Assembly (NCBI GenBank): GCA_965649225.1
Contig: CBFGJX010000001.1
Coordinates: 96,001-160,000, forward strand
DNA: 64,000 bases
Direction of reading: 5' to 3'
Source: a candidate division WOR-3 bacterium
GTDB taxonomy: Bacteria > Hydrothermota > Tepidihabitantia > Tepidihabitantales > Tepidihabitantaceae
In this document: piece by piece, positions 28,002 to 37,219 of the stretch
Position numbering within the stretch: the stretch's first letter is position 1
How the letters are laid out: every line of letters starts with the position of its first letter
Notes under the pieces: model-generated
Seen by the model: the letters and a program-made list of their open reading frames with translations, nothing else
Told to the model about the DNA's origin: nothing
Databases searched by the model: none
Made by a program: the position numbers and the translations under genes

Positions 28002-30155
28002 TCAGTGCAACCTGACCAGCCGAGCGCTGGCGCTTGGGCGGCCCGGTTGAGCTGCCCACAGGCTGTAAACGCCAATCGGCAGCTCGGGCAAGTCAAGGGT
28101 CATTTTCCCGTTGCCGCTGCCGACTTCGTCCACCCGGAAAAACACAGTCCGCCCGGCGATGTCAACCACCGACAACTCCACGCGACCTGCCGCCAGCCCC
28201 TCGACCGCAACCGTCGACTGCCTGCTCACGACTGTCGGCCTGACCGCCAGCTTGTGCCTGCGACACAGGTCCGGGGTCGCCGGCACGCCGACCCCACCGA
28301 AGAACCGGTCATACCAGGCCTGGGCGGTGTCGCAGGCGGTCAACCAGCCGGCGGCATTGATCGAACCGACTACCGCCAGTGCAATCCGCCTGGTTTCTCC
28401 CGGTAAAATATCGGCCAAGTCCGCGGCCAGCACAACTGTCCAGTCCCCTGGCCTTGTCGAATCGCGTTCGAGCCCCTGGCCGCTGAGCATCAGCCATTTC
28501 TGGTCTTCGGTAAGGCAGGAATCGGGCCAGAGCCGCCGGGCATTATCCGCTGCACCCAGCGCCAATGGCAGCTGTGGATCAAGCAGAACCAATCCTGCAG
28601 TCGGCGCCGGCGAGTCGAGATACTGCACCCTTACTGCCCGGCGCGCTGTGTCGAAGAATACCCGATTGGAATCGGCGTACGGAAAAACGACGAAATCTGC
28701 CAGCACACCGGCGCACAGATTGGTGACAAGACTCTCGCCGGCATTGGTGATGTCAAAAACTCCCAGTGCCCAGAGGTCGTGGTAACCGACCGCACAATTC
28801 TGATACCAGTTCTGCTCGACGACGATGCCGGCTGGAGTCGGATGCCCGACATCGCTCATTTTTCCCTGCCAGCGTTCATCTGCCGGCCACGGATTGGACA
28901 CCCGCCTCAGCGTGTCGAGCGTCACCCAGTCATGGTTCGTAAACGACCGGCTGGGCCGGCCATAGTAATGGTCAACAAGCCACTGTGGGGAATTGCCAAT
29001 TGCGAAGCTAGCAAAACGAAGCGAACTCGGGAAATCTTTTGGCACGCGGAAACCCTGTCCCCGTCCACCCGGTTCGTCACTGCCAATGCCGCCATTACTC
29101 GAGACCGACAGACAGACCATTCCCGTATCGAGGGTCGCGACATTGACTGCCGGCGCACCGCCCACAACCAGCTCAAATGGCCAGATTGATTCCGGCAACG
29201 GACTGGACGCCCGCAACAGCAGCGTACACACCACCGGCGTCCCGGGCAAAAGCCGGCTCGATGCCGCAAGCACAAAACCATCAGCAATACTGGCCGTGGT
29301 CTCTCCCGGCGCAACCGTACCGACGACGGCAAACGAATCAACCACCACCAGCTGCCGATTGCCGGAACGCAGCGTCGCGCTAACACCAGTCGCCGGCCGC
29401 TGGCCGGCATTACGTACCACGATCTGCAGCGGCACAGTCTCCAGCGGATCAATTCGTCCGTTACCATTGCCGGCCGGCGGCGTATCAACAACCACCCGGG
29501 CCACCGGTATAATCAGCGGGCCGGAGCGGTCATACAGTGCGATGTCGTCGGCGAGGACCCTCGCCGCAGTTCCGCACCCCCCTCAGCCGCCGACGCCATT
29601 ACCCCAGGCCTGCAGTCCAACCACGACCCGGGCCACGTCGGCCGGATTCACGCCGCTCAAACGGGACAGTTCATCCCTGATTACCAACTCGCGCTCAAAC
29701 CAGTCATCACTGCTGACGGTAATCAACCATCGGGTCGGGGTATTGTTCAACGGTGAGTAAGCAGTTTTGCGCACGACCATGGTTGCACCCAGCGGCTCAC
29801 CGGCGGCGTTTTGATACTCCAGCACCACCGCCGCGTGAGCATAGTAGGCCGGAGTATCCCGGGCAACCGTGGCCGCCAGTCGAGCCCGAAACAGCAGACT
29901 GACATCCAGCCCAGGCAGCACCGCAGACTGAAAGAGCCTGGTGCTGTAGCGTTGAACCTTCTCCACAAAGACTTCACAGTCGCTGTCAGCGTCGTATTCA
30001 GGACCAGTCACGGCAGTCCACGACCCGTCAACCGAATCGACTGCCAGAGTCCAGCCCAGCAGTCCCTGTTCAAAACGACCGTTGTTGATGAGGTTGCCGC
30101 CGTTGGCCGAAACCACCAGCAGGACCGGCATTATCAGCGTTGTGGCAGTTTTCAA
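28002..30155 (-). CDS. 717-aa multidomain secreted predicted selenoprotein (U191-G-G-C) with T9SS type A CTD
   Basis: Track ORFs 29583..30155 and 28002..29504 are in the same frame with a single TGA (29583-29585) between them. Readthrough gives GNGVGG-U-GGCGTAARVLADDIALYD. SECIS-like hairpin follows. Signal peptide only upstream, CTD only downstream. Confidence 0.82.
29536..29582 (-). promoter_or_regulatory. Bacterial SECIS-like hairpin
   Basis: Minus strand after TGA: 16 nt, then stem CGGCGAG / loop GGTC / CTCGCCG (29566-29549). Lower helix GGTGCGG/TCGCACT. Confidence 0.78.
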
Positions 30156-30202
30156 CTCACCAGTCTACCGCCAGGTCTGTTGGATGGTCAACTCCTGCCG
30201 GC

Positions 30203-30230
30203 TTGACCCCGTTTGAGGCCTGTCTATAAT
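30203..30230 (+). promoter_or_regulatory. sigma70-like promoter of the dehydrogenase/aconitase operon
   Basis: TTGACC-N16-TATAAT. A divergent TTGACC-N18-TAGACT (30191-30162) faces the selenoprotein gene. Confidence 0.7.
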
Positions 30231-30277
30231 CCGTCGCCCTGATGATCCCCCCGCTGCCAGATTGCTATGGAGGAAAA

Positions 30278-31459
30278 ATGAACAAAAGAACTGTTGTTGC
30301 GATGCCGGGTGACGGCATTGGCAAGGTTGTCCTGCCCGAGGCAATCCGCGTCCTTGACGCGGTCGGGTTCGAGGCTGAATATGTCCACGGCGACATCGGC
30401 TGGGAGTTCTGGTGTCGGGAAGGCAACGCCTTTCCCGACCGCACCATCAAACTGCTGCAGGAGCACAAGCTCGGGCTTTTCGGGGCCATCACGTCCAAAC
30501 CCAAAGACAAAGCCCAGGCCGAACTCGACCCGTCCCTGCAGGGCAAAGGCTTGCAGTACTTCTCACCGATTGTCACGATGCGTCAGCTTTTTGACCTCGA
30601 CATCTGCATCCGCCCCTGCCGGTCCTTTCCCGGCAATCCACTCAACTTCATCCGTCGCCGGGGCGACGGCTTCGAGGAACCGAAGATCGATGCGGTGATT
30701 TTCCGCCAGAACACCGAATGTCTGTATGTCGGCGTCGAATGGACCAACCCGCCCGACGAGGTACGCCGCGCCTTGGAAACCCACAAGAAAATGAAGGCTT
30801 TCAGCAATGTACCGTCTGCTGACATGGCGATCTCGCTGCGTATCTTCACGCGCGGAGCGTGCCAGCGCATCAGCCGTGCTGCCTTCGAATACGCCCGCCG
30901 CTTCGGTTACAAAACCGTGACTGTCTGCGAAAAACCCAATGTTGTTCGCGAAACATCGGGAATGATGGAGGCCGAGGCAAAGAAAATCGCCCAGGACTAT
31001 CCCGAAATCAAACTCAGGTCGGACAACATCGATGCGGTAATGATGTGGCTGACGAAAAACCCCGAAGATTACGGCGTGATCATTGCCGGCAACATGTTCG
31101 GCGACATCGTTTCCGACGGCTTCGCCGGGCTCGTCGGCGGTCTCGGCTTTGCCTACTCCGGCAACATCGGCCGCGAAGTGGCAGTATTCGAGCCCACTCA
31201 TGGTTCGGCGCCCAAATACGAAAAACTCGATCCCCCGATTGTCAATCCGATTGCGATGATTATGGCAGCGGCGATGATGCTTGACCACATCGGCGAAAAC
31301 GACAAAGCCCGACGCATCGAAGCTGCGGTTGCCAGGGTGATAAAAGCCGGCAGAGTCCGCACCTATGACATGCTGCGCCTTCCCGGCGGCCCGGATGTCA
31401 TTGCCCGCGGTGCCGCAACAACCGGCCAGATGACCGACGCCATTATCGCCGAACTGTGA
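30278..31459 (+). CDS. Isocitrate/isopropylmalate dehydrogenase family protein
   Basis: MPGDGIG, FRQNTE, EKPNV, GNMFGDIVSD, FEPTHGSAPK and NPIAMI motifs. GGAGG SD before ATG 30278. Confidence 0.92.
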   Translation: MNKRTVVAMPGDGIGKVVLPEAIRVLDAVGFEAEYVHGDIGWEFWCREGNAFPDRTIKLLQEHKLGLFGAITSKPKDKAQAELDPSLQGKGLQYFSPIVTMRQLFDLDICIRPCRSFPGNPLNFIRRRGDGFEEPKIDAVIFRQNTECLYVGVEWTNPPDEVRRALETHKKMKAFSNVPSADMAISLRIFTRGACQRISRAAFEYARRFGYKTVTVCEKPNVVRETSGMMEAEAKKIAQDYPEIKLRSDNIDAVMMWLTKNPEDYGVIIAGNMFGDIVSDGFAGLVGGLGFAYSGNIGREVAVFEPTHGSAPKYEKLDPPIVNPIAMIMAAAMMLDHIGENDKARRIEAAVARVIKAGRVRTYDMLRLPGGPDVIARGAATTGQMTDAIIAEL

Positions 31460-31465
31460 GGGAAC

Positions 31466-32041
31466 ATGATTACCGACAAGGACATCGCCGAGCTTTTTGA
31501 GAATCAGCTCGAAGAAATCCGCGACCGCGAACTGCGCGAGAAAACGGTCAGGGTATGGGTTGAAGCCTGTCGCGAAGGCGGCTGGAAGACCGTCGAGCAA
31601 CTCGAACGGATGCCGTTCACCCTCCTCACCGATTGCCGCGGCATCAGTATTATCGAACACACCATCGCCGTAACCGAGGGAGCGCTTGGTCTGGCCGACG
31701 CCCAGCGCGACAACTACCGGCATCTGCCCTATCAGATTGACAATGACCGACTGGTTGTTGGCGGCCTGCTGCACGATGTCGGCAAGCTGCTGGAAACCGA
31801 ACCCGACGAAACCGGCGGCTACCGAAAATCACGGCGCGGCCAGTATGCGCGACACCCGATATCCGGGGCGATTCTCGCCGCCCGCTGCGGCATGCCTGAC
31901 GACATCGTCAACACCATCGCCTGTCACGCCCGGGAAGGTGACGGCGCACCCAAAGTAGTTGAAACCGTCCTCATTCACCAGGCCGATTTTGCTACCTTTG
32001 ATCCGCTGGTAATGATGAGCAAAGGCCAGCTCATTCAGTAA
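31466..32041 (+). CDS. HD-domain (HDIG-type) protein
   Basis: IEHT...GGLLHDVGK...HP.SG...ACH...HQAD. Confidence 0.85.
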   Translation: MITDKDIAELFENQLEEIRDRELREKTVRVWVEACREGGWKTVEQLERMPFTLLTDCRGISIIEHTIAVTEGALGLADAQRDNYRHLPYQIDNDRLVVGGLLHDVGKLLETEPDETGGYRKSRRGQYARHPISGAILAARCGMPDDIVNTIACHAREGDGAPKVVETVLIHQADFATFDPLVMMSKGQLIQ

Positions 32042-32043
32042 CC

Positions 32044-33858
32044 ATGGCGACAATCATCGAAAAAATCATCGCGGCTCATTCCGGTGGCAGACCGGTGAAG
32101 CCGGGCGAAATCGTCGAACTTGGCATCGACGTCCGCGTCGCCCGCGATTTTGGTGGTGCCAACGTTGTCAAAGCGCTTGAATCGCACGGCCTCGGTATCG
32201 ACGACCCGAAGAAAACTTTCTTCACCTTCGACTGCAACCCGACCGGCTCGGACCAGAAATATACTGCCAACCAGCAGTACTGCCGCATGTTCGCCCGCAA
32301 GACCGGCATCCGGGTGTTTGACATCGATTCCGGAATCGGTACCCACCTGGCAATCGACGCCGGTCTGGTCGGGCCGGGCGAAACCTTTGTCTCAACCGAT
32401 TCTCATGCCAGCATTCTCGGCGCTATCGGGGCTTTCGGCCAGGGCATGGGCGACCAGGACATCGCCCACGCCTTCGCCCACGGTCAAGTCTGGTTCGAGA
32501 CGCCCCCGACTGTGAAAATTGAACTGCTCGGCATGCCCGGCCCACTCGCATCGCCCAAAGACGTCGGGCTTGCCCTTCTGCGTCACTTCGGCGCCAACGG
32601 ACTGCTGGGTTGTGCCGCCGAAGTGTACGGCCGCTACGCCGAAAACCTGAGTCTGGACGGCCGCATCACCATCGCCTCGCTCGCGACCGAGATGGGAGCG
32701 ATCATCATCTTCTTCCCGCCCGACACCACCGTGGTCGAGTATTGCTCGAAACGGGCCGGCAGAAACTTCCAGCCCGTGCTGGCCGACCCGGATGCAGAGT
32801 ATCAGCGAATTGAGAAAATCAACATCGCCGAACTGGAGCCGCTGATCGCGCGACCCGGCCATCCCGAAGACGTCGTCACCGTCGCCTCAGTTGCCGGCCG
32901 TAAGGTCGATTCGGTATTCGTCGGCTCCTGCACCGACGGCAGACTCGAAGACCTGACAGCGGTCGCGACAATCCTGCAAGGTCGTCGTGTCGCGCCCGGC
33001 GTTGTGATGAAAATAGTTCCGGCCACCGACGAAATCTGGCGAACGGCAATGAACAATGGCCTCTTCGCCACTTTCAAGGCCGCCGGGGCGATGATCGGCA
33101 ACGCGGGTTGTGCCGGCTGTGCTGCCGGTCAAATCGGTCAGAACGGACCGGGCGAAGTCACCGTTTCAACCGGTAACCGCAATTTCGCCGGCAAACAGGG
33201 CAAAGGCGAAGTCTGGCTCTGCTCCCCGGCCACTGCCGCTGCCTCGGCCGTCGCCGGCATCATCACGACGCCTGACCGGATACCCTCGGAGCCGGTTCTG
33301 TTTCCTTCCGGACCTGGCCCGACTGACTCGGCTGCCGGCTTGTCCGCTGCTGTCGAGCCACGTCCGACAGTGATTTCCGGCCGCGTCTGGGTAATCGACA
33401 AAGACAACATCGATACCGACATGATCTTCCACAACCGCCACCTCGCCATCACCGACATCAAAGAGATGGGTCAATATACCTTCGGCAACCTGCCCGGGTG
33501 GGAGGAGTTCGCAAAGAAAGCCCGGCCCGGCGACATCATTGTCACCGGTCGGAACTTCGGCGCCGGCTCTTCGCGTCAGCAGGCTGTTGACTGTTTCAAA
33601 AGCCTGGGCATCGCACTGGTTATCGCCCGTTCTTTCGGGGCGATCTATTTCCGTAATGCCGTCAATGCCGGACTGGCAGTGATGACCGCGGACCTAATCG
33701 ACGCCGGGGTGAAGACGGGTGATGAGATTCGCGTGGACCTGACCACCGGTGAGATTGAACTGCTCGGCACCATCCGGAAGGTCCACGGCCGCCCCCTGCC
33801 CGCGGCCCAACTCGGCATCTACCGGCGCGGCGGCCTGCTGGGCCCGGGAAGCAACTAA
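32044..33858 (+). CDS. Aconitase-family dehydratase, fused LeuC-like large and LeuD-like small subunits
   Basis: TDSH, EMGA, GSCTDGR, CAGC and STGNRNF motifs, then DNIDTDMI, NFGAGSSRQQA and SFGAIYFRNAVN. Confidence 0.9.
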   Translation: MATIIEKIIAAHSGGRPVKPGEIVELGIDVRVARDFGGANVVKALESHGLGIDDPKKTFFTFDCNPTGSDQKYTANQQYCRMFARKTGIRVFDIDSGIGTHLAIDAGLVGPGETFVSTDSHASILGAIGAFGQGMGDQDIAHAFAHGQVWFETPPTVKIELLGMPGPLASPKDVGLALLRHFGANGLLGCAAEVYGRYAENLSLDGRITIASLATEMGAIIIFFPPDTTVVEYCSKRAGRNFQPVLADPDAEYQRIEKINIAELEPLIARPGHPEDVVTVASVAGRKVDSVFVGSCTDGRLEDLTAVATILQGRRVAPGVVMKIVPATDEIWRTAMNNGLFATFKAAGAMIGNAGCAGCAAGQIGQNGPGEVTVSTGNRNFAGKQGKGEVWLCSPATAAASAVAGIITTPDRIPSEPVLFPSGPGPTDSAAGLSAAVEPRPTVISGRVWVIDKDNIDTDMIFHNRHLAITDIKEMGQYTFGNLPGWEEFAKKARPGDIIVTGRNFGAGSSRQQAVDCFKSLGIALVIARSFGAIYFRNAVNAGLAVMTADLIDAGVKTGDEIRVDLTTGEIELLGTIRKVHGRPLPAAQLGIYRRGGLLGPGSN

Positions 33859-34112
33859 CGACCGAGTGTCTTGATCCGTTCCGGACGCCGCGCAACCAGG
33901 TAAATCAACGCCCCAAGCCAGTGGGTAAACACGATAACCAGAGCCCAGACCAGCCGGTTGTTGTTCTCGTCGTTCTCGCGGGTCAGCACCTCTACCAGCA
34001 TCCAGATCCAGAGCACCGTACCTGCCAGCCCGACGATGCTGCCCAGCAACACCAGCGAAAACCACAGCCAGCCGAGCCCACCGATGAGCAAAAGACCGGG
34101 AAGATTGTCCAT
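33855..34112 (-). CDS. Small membrane protein with PLD-nuclease N-terminal-like domain
   Basis: LWIWMLVEVL.RE...RLVWALVIVFTHWLGALIYL. Confidence 0.75.
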   Translation of the reverse strand: MDNLPGLLLIGGLGWLWFSLVLLGSIVGLAGTVLWIWMLVEVLTRENDENNNRLVWALVIVFTHWLGALIYLVARRPERIKTLGR

Positions 34113-34231
34113 TGCCTTGCTGCCTCAGCATAAGACGGACCGCTGCATCGGTCAACTGCTTCACCGGCTTGCACCCGCCACTGGACATAATATAATGCGC
34201 CAGCGATCGGAAACGACAAAGTGAGGACACC

Positions 34232-35494
34232 ATGCCGATGACTTTTGCCGAAAAGGTACTTGCCGCCAAGGCGGGCCGGGCCAAAGTGCAGGCAGGAGAG
34301 ATTGTAACCTGCCGACCCGACCGCCTGCTGATGCATGATAACGCCGCCGCCATCACCGACAAAATTGCCAAAGACCTCGAAGAATTCGGCATTGCCGACC
34401 CGGAACAGCCGGTCATTGTCCTTGACCACGTAATTCCCGCCAGCGACGAAAAAACCGCAACCGGCCATCAGAAGGTTCGACGGTTCGTCAAAACCTACGG
34501 CATCAAGCACTTCTTCGACATCGGCGCTGGCGTCTGCCATCAGATTATGGTCGAAAAGGGCCTGGTCCTGCCCGGGATGCTCGCGGTCGGTTCGGACTCG
34601 CACACCTGTTCCTACGGCGCGGTGAATGCCTTTGCCACCGGCATCGACCGCACCGAAGCCGCCGCGCTGATTCTTACCGGCCAAACCTGGTTCAAGGTTC
34701 CCGAGTCCATCAGGATAAAGCTCACCGGCCGGTTCGGCGAACTGGTGACCGCCAAAGATCTTGTGCTGACGATTATCGGCCGGCTCGGCGCTGACGGTGC
34801 TGACTATCGTTCGGTCGAATACTGGGGCGACATCGGCCATCTGACCATTGATGACCGCTTCGTCATCGCCAACATGGCTGTCGAAATGGGTGCCAAGAAC
34901 GCGGTCTTCCCGGTTGATGAAGTCACCAAAGGCTTTTTCCATTCGATTGGCGTACGGCGGACGGATTGGAACGCGGTCTGGGCCGACGAGGATGCAAACT
35001 ACCGCCAGGAATTCGAATTCGACCTTACGACAGTGACCCCGGTCGTTGCTGCTCCCCACAAGGTTGATAATGTCAAACCGGTATCGGCAGTGGCCGGCAC
35101 CGAAGTTCAGCAATGTCTTATCGGCACCTGTACCAACGGCCGGGCAAGCGACTTCGCACTGGCTGCCCGGGTGATCGGCAGTCGCAAAGTGGCACCCGGG
35201 GTCAGATTGCTGCTGCTGCCCGCATCGAGGGCTGAACTGGAACGCTCCCTCGACGCCGGCGATATCCAGACACTGGTAGCGGCCGGCGGCTTACTGCTGC
35301 CGCCGGGCTGCGGCCCTTGTCTTGGCGCCCATCAGGGAGTCCTGGCGCCGGGTGAAAACTGCATTTCCACTGCCAACCGCAATTTCCGTGGCCGAATGGG
35401 TTGCCGCGATGCCAGCATATTCCTTGCCAGCCCGGCAACAGTCGCGGCTTCTGCCATTACCGGCCGTATAACCGATCCCAGAGAGGTGGTCTAG
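34232..35494 (+). CDS. leuC: 3-isopropylmalate dehydratase/homoaconitase-family large subunit
   Basis: MHD, LDH, GVCHQ, GSDSHTC, GTCTNGR, CGPCLG and STANRNF motifs. Confidence 0.85.
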   Translation: MPMTFAEKVLAAKAGRAKVQAGEIVTCRPDRLLMHDNAAAITDKIAKDLEEFGIADPEQPVIVLDHVIPASDEKTATGHQKVRRFVKTYGIKHFFDIGAGVCHQIMVEKGLVLPGMLAVGSDSHTCSYGAVNAFATGIDRTEAAALILTGQTWFKVPESIRIKLTGRFGELVTAKDLVLTIIGRLGADGADYRSVEYWGDIGHLTIDDRFVIANMAVEMGAKNAVFPVDEVTKGFFHSIGVRRTDWNAVWADEDANYRQEFEFDLTTVTPVVAAPHKVDNVKPVSAVAGTEVQQCLIGTCTNGRASDFALAARVIGSRKVAPGVRLLLLPASRAELERSLDAGDIQTLVAAGGLLLPPGCGPCLGAHQGVLAPGENCISTANRNFRGRMGCRDASIFLASPATVAASAITGRITDPREVV

Positions 35495-35495
35495 C

Positions 35496-35990
35496 ATGAA
35501 AATCTGGCACTGCGGAGATGACATCAATACCGACATGCTCTTTCCGGGCAAGTACACCTACACCTGCTCAAAACCTGACGAAATCAAACCCCACCTGCTT
35601 GAAGACCTCGACCCCGAATTCGCTCGGGCAGTTCAGCCGGGTGACATCATCATCGCCGGCAAAAATTTCGGCTGCGGCTCATCACGCGAACAACCCGTCG
35701 TCGGGCTCAAGGCCGTCGGCATCCAGGCAATCGTCGCCGCCTCATTCGCCCGCATCTTCTATCGCGCGGCAATCAATCAGGGGCTGCTGCTGGTCGAAGC
35801 ACCGCAGGCTGTCGCCGCCTACCGTCCGGGGCTTTCGGTCCAACTCGATCCGGCAGCTGGCCGGATAACGATCGGGTCAGCCAGCTTTGAATTCCCAAAG
35901 CTCCCCCCCGAGATTCTGGCTATCAATCAGGCCGGCGGGCTGCTGGAATACACCCGGGCCCGCCTGCGTGCTCGAAAGGCGGCAAATTGA
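35496..35990 (+). CDS. leuD: 3-isopropylmalate dehydratase/homoaconitase-family small subunit
   Basis: DDINTDML.PGKY, NFGCGSSRE and SFARIFYR motifs. Confidence 0.85.
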   Translation: MKIWHCGDDINTDMLFPGKYTYTCSKPDEIKPHLLEDLDPEFARAVQPGDIIIAGKNFGCGSSREQPVVGLKAVGIQAIVAASFARIFYRAAINQGLLLVEAPQAVAAYRPGLSVQLDPAAGRITIGSASFEFPKLPPEILAINQAGGLLEYTRARLRARKAAN

Positions 35991-37216
35991 ACTCCGTAAC
36001 CGCCGGCCGTCGTGGACCGGATGTCCGTTCTGACATCTGGGTCGAACTGGAACTGCGCGATTCGGGTGGCATCGAGCTCAAACTGGCGAGCAAGGTTGAC
36101 TTCATGTACGGTCAGGCCAATCGCGACCTGATCCGGGAGGTTCTTACAACACTTGGTGTAAAACACGCACGCTTAGTCGCCGAAGACACCGGAGCGCTGC
36201 CGTTTGTAATTGCGGCGCGGGTCGAGACGGCGGTCCGCCGCGCTCTGGGCGACAGCAGCTCCCGGCAGTTTCTGCCTGCTGCCGGACCATCCTTTCGTCT
36301 CCCCTCGGCACGAAACCGCTGGCGCCGCTCTCGACTTTACCTGCCCGGCAACGAACCAAGATTCCTGCTCTCCGCCCGCCTCTACGGCGCCGATGCTCTG
36401 ATTTTCGACCTGGAGGACTCGGTCGCGCCGGCAGAAAAGGATGCTGCACTGGTGCTTGTCCGCAACGCCCTCTATGCTCATGATTTCGGCTCCTGCGAAC
36501 GAATGGTGCGAATCAATCAGCTTCCCAGAGGACTGGCTGAAATCAGACCCCTGGTCGAAGCGGGTGCCAATGTCATCCTGATTCCCAAATGTGAATCAGC
36601 CGCCGACGTGCTGGCGGTTGACAAAGCCATCAGCGAAAGCGTGGAACAGTCCTGGAATGTCTGGTTGATGCCGATTATCGAAACCTGCCGGGGAATGCTT
36701 CACGCCGAAGAGATTGCCGGCGCGTCAAAGCGAATCGTCGCCCTCACCTGGGGCGCAGAAGACTATGTCGCCGACCTTGGCGGAGTAAGAACCGCGGCCG
36801 GCAATGAAACAATCTGGGCCCGCGCCCAGATTGTCAACGCCGCCCGTGCCGCCGGCATCCAGCCGATCGACACGGTTCATGCTGATACCGATAATCTTGA
36901 CGCGCTGGCAGAAAGTTGCCGGGCGGCCCGGGAACTGGGATTCGAAGGCAAGGGTTGCATTCACCCGCGACAAATCGCGACAGTAAACAAGGCATTCACC
37001 CCCACCGCCGACGAAATCGACAACGCCCGCCGGATCGTACTTGCCGCTCGGGCAGCCGAAGCCAAGGGAATCGGCGCAGTAGCCCTGGGTTCAAAGATGA
37101 TCGATGCTCCGGTCGTCGCACGGGCACTGCGCACTATCGAACTGGCGATTGCCAGCGGCAGTCTGCCCGCAAACTGGCAAAACGTCTCGTCCTCATCCGA
37201 AGGCACTGGAGAGTAA
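35987..37216 (+). CDS. citE: Citrate lyase acyl-carrier (CitD-like) fused to citryl-CoA lyase beta subunit
   Basis: N-terminus AG...RSD...SKV..MYG...D.GALPFVIAARVETA (CitD-like), then RRSRLYLPGN, FDLEDSV, VRIN, GAEDY and GKGCIHPRQI. Confidence 0.85.
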   Translation: MNSVTAGRRGPDVRSDIWVELELRDSGGIELKLASKVDFMYGQANRDLIREVLTTLGVKHARLVAEDTGALPFVIAARVETAVRRALGDSSSRQFLPAAGPSFRLPSARNRWRRSRLYLPGNEPRFLLSARLYGADALIFDLEDSVAPAEKDAALVLVRNALYAHDFGSCERMVRINQLPRGLAEIRPLVEAGANVILIPKCESAADVLAVDKAISESVEQSWNVWLMPIIETCRGMLHAEEIAGASKRIVALTWGAEDYVADLGGVRTAAGNETIWARAQIVNAARAAGIQPIDTVHADTDNLDALAESCRAARELGFEGKGCIHPRQIATVNKAFTPTADEIDNARRIVLAARAAEAKGIGAVALGSKMIDAPVVARALRTIELAIASGSLPANWQNVSSSSEGTGE

Positions 37217-37219
37217 CCG

